This document shows positions 53,287-64,000 of a stretch of DNA of 64,000 nt, piece after piece (the stretch's first letter is position 1; each line of letters starts with the position of its first letter). The position numbers and the translations under genes were made by a program. The notes under the pieces are model-generated. The model had not been told where the DNA came from and made no database searches. It saw only the letters and a list, made by a program, of their open reading frames with translations. The DNA lies in contig NIVC01000045.1 in the NCBI GenBank assembly GCA_002269645.1, positions 1 through 64,000 of the forward strand, in the 5' to 3' direction. Source of the DNA: Macrostomum lignano. Taxonomy: Eukaryota.

Positions 53287-56200
53287 ATGTCCGGCCTGGA
53301 TCCCAAAGACCCAGACTTCAAGTACCTTGGCGTCGACAGGAAAGCCCTGCTGAAGGAGCTCGGCAATGTCACCTTCGATTCTAAGAAAGTTTGCTGGGTG
53401 CCCGACGAGAAGGAGGGATACGTCAAGGGTGACGTGATCTCGCGAGAGGGCGGGAAAGTCACGGTTAAGACGGAGAAAGGAGAGGTGAGAAGTTTATCAA
53501 TTATTAAATTTATGTGAGCATTTGTAGCATGAGTGGTTGTACGGTTTTAGGCTGCACGACGGAGTGACTGATCAGTGTCTGAGTGGCAGCGAAAGTAAGT
53601 GATTAAGTGACTGAGTGGATAGATAGGCTGACGGACTAGCAGGTGCAGTTAGTGACTGAGTGGCATTGTGAGTGCTGCAGTGAGTGACTGAGTGGCATTG
53701 TGAGTGCGGCAGTGAGTGACTGAGTGGCATTGTGACTGCGGCAGTGAGTGACTGAGTGGCATTGTGAGTGCGGCAGTGAGTGACTGAGTGGCATTGTGAG
53801 TGCTGCAGTGAGTGACTGAGTGACATTGTGACTGCGGCAGTGAGTGACTGAGTGGCATTGTGACTGCGGCAGTGAGTGATTGAGTGACATTGTGTCTCTG
53901 GTAATAAGAGACTGAGTGTGTGACTTAGCGACATTGTGACTGCAGCACTGGGGGACAGAGTGACATTGTGACTGCGGCAGTGAGTGACTGAGTGACATTT
54001 TGACTGCTTCAGATAGTACCTGAGTGACTTGGTTAACATTAGGAGTAAACACGAATCAACAATAAAATTTGGCCCCAACCAGGAGAAGACCCTGAAGGAG
54101 GACGATTTGCAGCAGATGAACCCGCCAAAATTCGAGCTGTACGAAGACATGGCCAACCTGACCTTCTTGAACGACGCCTCTGTGCTGCACAACTTGAAGC
54201 AGCGCTACATTAAAATGCTCATCTACGTGAGTTGCTTTGTGTATGGGATAGTTAATTGGGATTTAATGAGATAAACATGCAGATGAACATCAAAAGTCGT
54301 GGAGAATAAGGTAGATGAGTCATAGAATTTGGATATTGTCCTGAGTCATCGATTCACTGTATGACGAGAGTTTTGTTGTGTGGCGTCTGAATTATATCCA
54401 TGTCACAGAAAATAGAGCTGCAAGAGAATAGAGGAGTCACAAAGGAGGATAGAGAATCACAGAGGAGGATAGAGAGTCCCAGAGGAGGATAGAGTCATAG
54501 ATAGAGGAGAATAGATAGTCACAGAGGAAGATAGATAGTCATAAAGGAGAATAGAGAGTCATAGAGGAGAATAGAGAGTCAAAAAGGAAAATAGAGAGTC
54601 ACTGAGGAGAGCAAAGAGTCACAGAGGAGAACAAAGAATCACAGAAGAAAATATAGTCGCAGAAGAGAACAAAGAGTCACAGAGGAGAACAAAGAATCAC
54701 AGAAGAGAATATAGTCGCAGAAGAGAACAAAGAGTCACAGAGGAGAACAAAGAATCACAGAAGAGAATATAGTCGCAGAAGAGAACAAAGAGTCACAGAG
54801 GAGAACAAAGAATCACAGAAGAGAATATAGTCGCAGAAGAGAACAAAGAGTCACAGAGGAGAACAAAGAATCACAGAAGAGAATATAGTCGCAGAAGAGA
54901 ACAAAGAGTCACAGAGGAGAACAAAGAATCACAGAAGAGAATATAGTCGCAGAAGAGAACAAAGAGTCACAGAGGAGAACAAAGAGTCACAGAGGAGAAC
55001 AAAGAGTCACAGAGGAGAACAAAGAGTCACAGAATAGGATGGAAGCAACCTCGTTAAAAAGGGGGGCTTCCCATTTGTCACTTTTGCCTTGATAAAGTTT
55101 TAATGAAACCAGTTGCAATAACTCTAATCTAACAACGGTATCTCAATCTCAGACCTACTCGGGCCTGTTCTGCGTGGTGGTGAACCCGTACAAGCGGCTG
55201 CCCATCTACACCAACAGTGTGGTGCTGAAGTACAAAGGCAAACGCAAAACTGAGATGCCACCGCACGCGTTCGCCATCTCTGACAATGCCTACTCTAACA
55301 TGCTGCAGGGTGAGTTGGAATCCTGCGCCTTAGCAACAGTAACCTCATAAAAATGTTATCGATAAAGTATGTCACTCATGTTTTGTCTACCTTCATTTTA
55401 GATCGCGAGAACCAGTCTGTTTTGATCACGTATGTGGCTGTTTTAATTATTTCAATTTTGTTAATATTTTTAATATAAACTATTTAAATGATCTTTGTTT
55501 GTTTAGTTTGATTCAGGCTTCTGTTTAGCAAGGATACTTTTAACTTTAATAGAAAATGCACATGCTCATTTAAAAATTCCATAACGTCTTGTCACTCTTC
55601 TAATTATTTACTCATGTTTTGCTTTCTTCCAATACGAATCACTTCCAAGATTTGTCACTTCTGTACTTGTCACTCCCTTACTTGTCACTTTCTTAATTGT
55701 CACTCCCTTACTTGTCACTCCCTTACTTGTCACTCCCTTACTTGTCACTCCCTTACTTGTCACTCCCTTACTTGTCACTCCCTTACTTGTCACTTTCTTA
55801 ATTGTCACCCCCTTACTTGTCACTCCCTTACTTGTCACTCCCTTACTTGTCACTCCCTTAATTGTCACTCCCTTACTTGTCACTTTCTTAATTGTCACTC
55901 CCTTACTTGTCACCCCCTTACTTGTCACTCCCTTACTTGTCACTCCCTTAATTGTCACTTTCTTAATTGTCACTTTCTTACTTGTCACCCCCTTACTTGT
56001 CACTCCCTTAATTGTCACTTTCTTACTTGTCACCCCCTTACTTGTCACTCCCTTAATTGTCACCCCTTACTTTTCACTCCCTTAATTGTCACCCCCTTAC
56101 TTGTCACTCCCTTAATTGTCACCCCTTACTTGTCACTCCCTTACTTGTCACTCCCTTACTTGTCACTCACTTAATTGTCACTCCCTTACTTGTCACTTTC

Positions 56201-59200
56201 TTAATTGTCACCCCCTTACTTGTCACTCCCTTAATTGTCACTTTCTTACTTGTCACCCCCTTACTTGTCACTCCCTTACTTGTCACTTTCTTAATTGTCA
56301 CCCCTTACTTTTCACTCCCTTAATTGTCACCCCCTTACTTGTCACTCCCTTAATTGTCACCCCCTTACTTGTCACTCCCTTACTTGTCACTCCCTTACTT
56401 GTCACTCACTTAATTGTCACTCCCTTACTTGTCACTTTCTTAATTGTCACTCCCTTACTTGTCACCCCCTTACTTGTCACTCCCTTACTTGTCACTCCCT
56501 TAATTGTCACTTTCTTAATTGTCACTCCCTTACTTGTCACCCCCTTACTTGTCACTCCCTTAATTGTCACTCCCTTACTTGTCACCCCCTTACTTGTCAC
56601 TCCCTTTATTGTCACCCCTTACTTTTCACTCCCTTAATTGTCACCCCCTTACTTGTCACTCCCTTAATTGTCACCCCCTTACTTGTCACTCCCTTAATTG
56701 TCACTCCCTTACTTGTCACTTCCTTAATTGTCACTCCCGTACTTGTCACTCCTACATTTGTTATTCTCACAGACTTACCACTCTCATAATTTTCACCCCA
56801 AATACTTGTCACTTCCACATTTGTCACTTCCATAGACTTGTCACTCAGTGATAATTTAGACACTTTGCATTTTCGCTATTTGGCATCGCATTGTTAACAC
56901 AGCTACATGCACTAGCAGTCGTGACTATCCGCTTCGCTGTCATCTTATAAATGCTTTTTAGATGCTTTCTGGCTGTTTGAATTTAAGCTACTATTTAGTA
57001 GAGCTGTGGCATTTTATTGCAAAATATAAGCCCAACCGTCTACTCCCTTAAAAACGACTCTCAGCGGCGAGAGCGGAGCCGGTAAAACCGAAAACACAAA
57101 GAAGGTCATCTCTTACTTCGCCCAACTGACCGCCCTCTCCGGAGGCAAGGAAGCCGCTGAAGCAGTCGACAACAAGAAGGTTCGATGATGAAGGATGCTG
57201 CAGTCTTCATTGATTCTTTTTTTATTTGTGTGACCAAATCCCTAATACGTTCTGATATTCTATGAACGCCAGTTAAATATCAATGGTAACAATCAATATA
57301 CGCTACTAAGTAGAATGTGCCGCATTTTCCTGCATGATTTGACTTTGCCATAAATATTGATTTTTTTCTAAGAAAACACGCTATACAAATGAATCGCGTA
57401 CATTTTAACAAATCATTTCTCTGGCAGGGCACACTAGAGGAGCAGATTGTGCAGGCCAACCCTGTGCTGGAAGCGTACGGCAACGCCAAAACTGTCAGGA
57501 ACAACAACTCGTCTCGATTTGTAAGTTCAAAACTGCCGCTAGCATTTTTTAACTTTCTTATTTAAAATCATGGAGCTTTTCAAGCAAGAAAAGTATATCA
57601 AATTTCAGGGAAAATTTATTAGAATTCACTTTGGTCCGGCTGGCAAGATTGCTGGAGCTGATATCGAGTTTTGTAAGTATTTTTGGCTGCAGCATGGCTT
57701 GTATGTTTATGAGTGAGTTCATGAGTGAGTTCATGAGTGAGTTCATGAGTGAGTTCATGAGTGAGTTCATAGAGTTCATGAGTGAGTTCATAGAGTTCAT
57801 GAGTGAGTTCATAGAGTTCATGAGTGAGTTAATGAGTGAGTTCATGAGTGAGTTCATGAGTGAGTTCATAGAGTTCATGAGTGAGTTCATAGAGTTCATG
57901 AGTGAGTTAATGAGTGAGTTCATAGAGTTCATGAGTGAGTTTATAGAGTTCATGAGTGAGTTAATGAGTGAGTTCATGAGTGAATTAATAGGGGGGTTAA
58001 TGAGTGAGTTAATAGGGGGGTTAATGAGTGAGTTCATGAGTGAGTTAATAGGGGGGTTAATGAGTGAGTTCATGAGTGAGTTAATAGGGGGGTTAATGAG
58101 TGAGTTCATAAGGGAGTTCATGAGTGAGTTCATGAGTAAAATCATAGGTGAGTTCTTGAATGAGTTCATGAGTGAGTTCATAAGTGAGTTCATCACTAAT
58201 CACTCAGTTCATGACTAACAGTTGTGTCAATGCCTGAATTCATGAGGGACTTCATGAGTGAGGTCACGAGTGATTATACTACAATAGTGAGTTCATAAAT
58301 GAGTACATGATTGAGTTCATTTGTTGGTTCATTAGTCAGTTCAGGGGTTCATAAGTTCATGATTCAATGTGTGAGCTCACGAGCATAATTTTTCATAAGT
58401 GAATGTGTGAGTGCAGAGTTCATAGGCTCATCGGTGAATTGATGAGTTTATCTGTTCATGAGCAGTGGGTGAAGAGGCGAGTGCAGTGATGCGTGTATTC
58501 TGTTCTAACTCTTTGTTAATATACAATTCTCAGACCTGCTCGAGAAGTCTCGCGTCACCTCCCAGATGGGCGGGGAGCGCAACTACCACATCTTCTACCA
58601 GCTGTTGTCTGATTACGCCAAGCAGTGGCACGACAAGCTGCTGGTGGCCCCCGACCCCGGCCTCTACTCGTTTATCAACCAGGGCGAGCTGCAAATCGAC
58701 GGAGTGGACGACTCCGAGGAGATGAAGTTCACCGACGAGGCCTTCGACATTCTGGGCTTCTCAGCCGTGGAAAAGAACGGCATGTACAAGGCCACGTGCG
58801 CCATTATGAACATGGGCGAGATGAAGTTCAAGCAGAGACCGCGCGAAGAGCAAGCAGAAACCGATGGAACCGCCGAAGCTGAGAAGGTCGCCTTCCTGTT
58901 GGGCGTCAACGCCAAGGACCTGCTGCAGGCAATTCTGAAGCCGAAGGTCAAAGTTGGAAACGATTACGTAACCAAGGGACAGTCACTGGAGCAGGTAAGA
59001 TAAAGCTACAAATTAGTTTCAAAATGCTCAGTGCCTGCGAGTTCATCATAACGTTCATCGAAACGCTCAAAAACTAGGTGAACTTCTCAATGCAAGCCCT
59101 GGCCAAGTCGCTCTACCACCGCATGTTCGCCTGGCTGGTGGCCAGAGTCAACCAGACCCTGGACACCAAGGCTAAGCGTCAGTTCTTCATCGGCGTGCTG

Positions 59201-62200
59201 GACATTGCCGGCTTTGAGATCTTCGATTTCAACGGGTTCGAGCAGATCTGCATCAACTACACCAACGAGCGGCTGCAGCAGTTCTTCAACCACCACATGT
59301 TTGTGCTGGAGCAGGAGGAGTACAAGAAGGAGGCCATCGACTGGGAGTTTATCGACTTCGGCATGGACCTTGCCGCCTGCATCGAGCTGATCGAGAAGCC
59401 AATGGGCATCCTGTCCATCCTGGAGGAAGAGTGCATGTTCCCCAAGGCCTCGGACACCACATTCAAGAACAAGCTGTACGACAACCATCTGGGAAAGTCG
59501 CCGAACTTTGGCAAGCCGAAGCCGCCGAAGCCTGGCAAGGCGGAGGCGCACTTCGAGCTGCACCACTACGCCGGCACCGTGGGCTACAACATCACCGGCT
59601 GGCTGGAGCGGAACAAAGACCCGCTGAACGAGTCTGTTATTGAAGTTCTGAGCGCCAGCAAGGAGCACATGGTTGCGACGTTTTTCCCGCCAGTTAGTGG
59701 TAAGAATAATAGTGCTTTGATGTCATCATTTTCATAAACATCCCGGATGTTCTTGTGGTAACATTACCCGTGGCTTTTTCTTAGACGGAGGCGACGCAAA
59801 ATCCGGCAAGAAGCGCAAGGGCGGCGGCATGCAAACCATCTCTGCTACGCACAGGGTAAGTAGAGTTAAAAACGCGGCCCATTTGTCCTCTACGACAGTA
59901 GGACTCAAAGCAAACCAACTAAACAATGTAACAAACCAAACAGGAGTCGCTGAACAAGCTGATGAAAAATCTGCACAGCACTTCGCCCAACTTCATTCGT
60001 TGCATTGTGCCGAACGAGTTCAAACAATCAGGCGTGGTGGACGCTCACCTGGTGCTCCACCAGCTTCACTGCAACGGCGTGCTGGAGGGCATCCGTATCT
60101 GTCGGAAGGGTTTCCCAAATCGCCTCATCTACACCGAGTTCAAGCAGCGGTAAGTGACATGAAACATGAGATATACAGAAAGAATGAAATCGAGTTCTTA
60201 AGATCCCCAGCATCATGTTAACATCCATTTAAACATTTTAGCTACTCGATCCTGGCTCCAAACGCTATTCCGGAGGGCTTCGTCGAAGGTAAAGTGGTCA
60301 GTGGCAACATTCTCGAGGCTGTGCAACTTGACAAGCAGCAGTACCGTCTGGGCACCACGAAGGTCTTCTTCAAGGCCGGTGTGCTGGCCGAACTCGAGGA
60401 CATGCGCGATGAGAAGCTGAGCCGCATCATCGCGCTGTTCCAGGCCCAGATCCGTGGCTACGTGATGCGCAAGAAGCACAAGAAGCTGCAAGACCAGCGC
60501 ACTGCTCTCAGCATCATCCAGCGCAACGTGCGCAAGCACCTGCAGCTGAAGAACTGGGAATGGTGGCGCCTGTACCTCAAGGTTAAGCCAATGCTTAACG
60601 TTGCTCGCCAGGAGGAGGAGATGAAGAAGGCTGCCGAGGAGCTCGCCAAGATGAAGGAAGAATTCGAGAAGATGGAGAAGCTGAAGAAGGAGCTCGAGGA
60701 GCAAAATGTCACCCTGCTGCAGCAAAAGAATGACATCTTCCTCCAGCTGCAGGCTGAGCAGGACACTCTTGCTGACGCCGAGGAAAAAATTGAAAGCCTC
60801 ATCAAACAGAAGGCAGACTTTGAGTCGCAGCTCAAGGAGCTCGAAGACCGTCTCCTTGACGAAGAAGACGCTGCAAACGAACTTGAAGGCGTTAAAAAGA
60901 AGATGGAGGGCGAGATGGACGAGCTGAAAAAGGATATCGATGATCTCGAGCAGAGCTTGCAGAAGTCTGAGCAGGAAAAGCAGAGCAAGGAGAACCAGAT
61001 CAAGACACTTCAGGAGGAGATGGCCCGACAGGATGAGTCCCTCGCCAAGCTGCAGAAGGAGAAGAAGGCCCATGAGGAGACCATCAAGCAGACGCAAGAG
61101 GCTCTTGCTGCCGAAGAGGAGAAAGTGAAGAACCTGAATAAGCTGAAGCAAAAGCTTGAGCAGAACCTGGACGAGCTGGAGGACCAACTTGAGCGCGAGA
61201 AGAAAGTTCGCGGAGATGTTGAAAAAGCGAAGCGCAAAGTCGAGGGCGACTTGAAAATGACTCAAGAAACGGTGGACGATCTGGAGCGGGTGAAGCGCGA
61301 CATGGAGGAGCAGATCAAGCGCAAGGACGCCGAGCTAAACAGTTTGCACAACAAAGTTGAAGACGAGCAGGGCATCATTGCTCAGCTGCAGCGAAAGATC
61401 AAGGAGCTGCAGGCTCGCATTCAGGTAAGAAGCCTAAATAATTAAATATCGTACTCGCAAATCACCGTAACATTAGCAATCAACTTATCATCGTTGCCTG
61501 GTAATTCAGGAACTCGAAGAGGAGCTCGAAGCCGAACGCCAGGCTCGTTCAAAGGCTGAGAAACAGCGTCAGCAGGTGGAGGCCGAACTTGACGACGTTG
61601 CTGACAGGCTGGAAGAGCAGGGCGGCGCCACCGTGGCTCAGCAGGAGTTGAACAAGAAGCGCGAAGCTGAGCTGCTGAAGCTGCGCCGGGAGATGGAGGA
61701 CAACGTGCTCCAACACGAGCAGATGGTTCAGCAGCTGCGCAAGAAGCAACAGGACGCGGTCAACGAGCTGTCTGAACAAGTCGACCAGCTACAGAAGGCC
61801 AAGGGCAAGACGGAGAAGGAGAAAACGCAGTTCAAAGCCGAGGTTGAAGACCTGCACGCTCAGTTGGAACACGTCAACAAGTCCAAGGCTGCCGCTGAGA
61901 AGAATAGCAAGGGCTTGGAGGCTCAGCTGAGTGATCTGCAGGTATGCTGAAATACTCTGAGAACCGCTAACCGTTATAAAACTACGTCATTTATTCATAA
62001 ATTTTTTGTCTACAGGGCCGTCTGGACGAAGCCACTCGCCAGATTGGCGACCTGCAGTCGCAGAAGAACCGAGCTCAACAGGAGGGCGGCGACCTCGGTC
62101 GACGACTCGAAGAGGCCGAGGCTCAGCTGGCTCAGCTGACCAAGGCGAAGCAGCAGCTGACGCAGCAACTGGATGAGGCCAGGTTGAGAATCAATTATTT

Positions 62201-63587
62201 TTTGCATGCATTTCTACCTCTAGCAGATACTACTAAGCAGGCAGAATACAAGTAGTGCTGGGCACTTTTTATTTCGAGGCTTGGTGGCTGGGTGTAGCCT
62301 TGCGCACTTTAAGCGACATTGTTTCACAACTGGCGACAATTCCGCCGACTCCCCTGAGCAGGCACACAAGCGCGCGGATACGTACACAGTTAGCTATACG
62401 CACAGGCACACACTCACACAGCTAGGAGTGTACAGCGGCCATAGCTTTATTTATGGTTAGGCATGTACACTTCAATGTACCTTAGGGGGTTGGCCCTCAA
62501 GGGGGCGTTGCCAATTTTTTTTTTGTGGGGGACAAAGCCAAGAATCCCATATGACTCATTTTGGCGGCCTGAATTTTTTTCATTTCTACACTGGGTCACA
62601 AGGTGGAATGGGGGACAAAGTATGGGCCTGAGCTTTTACTCGGGGGGGGGGGCAACATGTCCCCCATGCCCCCCCCCCGGTGGCGACGCCCCCGCTCAAG
62701 GCCGTCAATTGCACGAGCAAAGCCAAGCCGAGATTCCAATTTAGCCCCAAATGCACTTGGAATCGAGCCTGGGCCGCTGGCATATCAGAGCGCCGCGCTG
62801 GGCCACTGGGCTACGCCCCCCCCCCCTAGTGCTAGACACTCATGAATAAATCTTCGTAAAATACTACCGCAGACGCAATCTAGAAGACGAGAGCCGTCAG
62901 AAGACCAAACTGAGCTCGGAAGCTCGCAACCTGAATGCCGACCTGGACCAGCTGAGAGAGCAGCTCGAGGAGGAGCAGGAGGCCAAGTCCGATCTGCAGC
63001 GGCAGCTGGCCAAGGCTCAAGGTGAGGCCCAGCAGTGGCGCTCCAAGTACGAGACTGGTGGCGGCGGCGGTGGCGGCGAGGAGGCCGAGGAGCTCAAACG
63101 ACGTCTGCAGGCGAAGCTCCTGGAGGCGCAGGATGAGGTCGACAGCGCAAAGACTCGAGCTGCTCAAGCCGAGAAGGCCAAGGCCAGACTGCAGGCCGAG
63201 CTGGAGGACGCCTCTGTGGACCTGGAGCGCACCAGCATTCTCGCCTCGCAGCTCGAGAAGAAGCAGAAGAATTTTGACAGGACTCTGGCAGAGTGGCAGC
63301 AGAAGTGCCAGCAGGCCCAGGCTGAGCTGGAGACCGTGCAGCGGGAATCCCGCGGCTATTCCACCGAGATCTTCAAGCTGAAGGCCCAGCTGGAGGAGGC
63401 CCGGGACCAGACCGAGGCGGTACGCAAAGAGAATAAAAATCTGGCGGACGAGATTCACGATCTCACTGAGCAGCTGGGCGAGGGCGGGCGAAACGTGCAC
63501 GAGGTTGACAAGGCCAGACGCAGGCTCGAGATGGAGAAGGAAGAGCTGCAGGCGGCGCTGGAGGAAGCAGAGGCGGCGCTTGAGCAA
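53287..63587 (+). CDS. Mhc: Muscle myosin II heavy chain (striated type), 5' portion; continues beyond window
   Basis: Exons 53287-53484, 54083-54226, 55153-55309, 55402-55429, 57065-57179, 57428-57520, 57609-57672, 58534-58994, 59078-59699, 59785-59855, 59944-60149, 60242-61424, 61510-61941, 62016-62182, 62873-63587. GESGAGKT P-loop, [36 protein letters not shown] region, coiled-coil rod. Confidence 0.97.
53645..54010. repeat. 32-bp intronic tandem repeat (gcagtgagtgactgagtggcattgtgactgcg)
   Basis: Period 32 (53709, 53741). Confidence 0.9.
54430..55035. repeat. Purine-rich intronic minisatellite; 18-20 bp monomers forming a 58-bp higher-order repeat
   Basis: Period 58 (54721, 54779). Confidence 0.88.
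55645..56750. repeat. 15-bp intronic tandem repeat (cttacttgtcactcc and variants)
   Basis: Read directly. Confidence 0.95.
57712..58190. repeat. 12-bp intronic tandem repeat (atgagtgagttc) with 9-bp atagagttc variants
   Basis: Read directly. Confidence 0.92.
62275..62825 (-). mobile_element. tRNA-derived SINE, family B, interrupted by a MITE
   Basis: Reverse complement matches 4815-5165 on both sides of the 62500-62694 insertion. Confidence 0.72.
62500..62694. mobile_element. Small MITE (about 195 bp) nested in the SINE
   Basis: TIR gggggcgttgcca / tggcgacgccccc; short ctca duplication on both sides; absent from the 4815 copy. Confidence 0.65.
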
Positions 63588-63839
63588 GTGAGGCACGGAG
63601 GCAAAAATTTTTCGTTTAGCGGTTACTTTAAACATAAATTTCACTTGGTTACAGAATAAATCATTTTATGTAGCAAGTTGGCGGTTGACTTAGTTGCCTC
63701 TCCATGTAAATCTGATTTTAGCGATAAGAAATTTCTAAGTACGCTCGTAGATCTCTATTAGAAGGGTTTGTGCAAACAAGAAGTTGCGAAACGTTTGAGT
63801 TGGAAAGTCGGAAACCACCTGGAATCCTGGGAAAACCAA

Positions 63840-63975
63840 AAAATTGGTACACCACCTGGAAGCAGATCCTGGGCCAACCGAAAAATTGTCACACCACCTG
63901 GAAGCAGATCCTGAGCAAACCAAAAAAAATTGTCACACCACCTGGAAGCAGATCCTGAGCAAACCAAAAAATCGT
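63840..63975. repeat. About 42-bp intronic tandem repeat (aaaattgtcacaccacctggaagcagatcctgagcaaacc)
   Basis: About three copies read directly. Confidence 0.8.
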
Positions 63976-64000
63976 CATTTTCAAGCCTAAAATGCAGGTT

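Noticed and set aside
59087-63644. Long Leu/Ser-rich minus-strand ORFs (e.g. 60213-61265, 62880-63644)
   Set aside because: Antisense of myosin coiled-coil exons, whose biased codons give few stops on the other strand.

Overview
Eukaryotic (animal) genomic DNA with GC-rich spliced exons in AT-rich, repeat-dense intergenic and intronic DNA. The protein sequences suggest an invertebrate, plausibly a free-living flatworm such as Macrostomum (inference only). Gene order: 5' part of a Crumbs gene (minus, runs off the window start); an SVOP-like MFS pseudogene; a 4-exon MFSD4/NaGLT1-like transporter; two tandem secreted WSC+PAN/Apple-like genes; an intronless protein made of about 17 atypical 33-aa Cys-Cys ankyrin-like repeats behind an MGxxxS motif; several TIR transposons with 8-bp TSDs, including a P-element derivative that keeps a THAP domain; PLRG1/Prp46; a decayed mariner; an almost intronless TRP channel that joins about 15 ankyrin repeats to TRPM-type MHR3/4, S1-S6 and TRP-box segments; and the 5' three-quarters of a muscle myosin II heavy chain (runs off the window end). 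The best novelty candidates are the ankyrin-TRPM chimeric channel, the Cys-Cys ankyrin repeat protein, the THAP-bearing P-element derivative, the WSC-PAN pair and a Gly7 break in the myosin rod. Several single-base frameshifts may be assembly errors. All exon boundaries and homology calls were made by eye and from memory of the families, without database searches.
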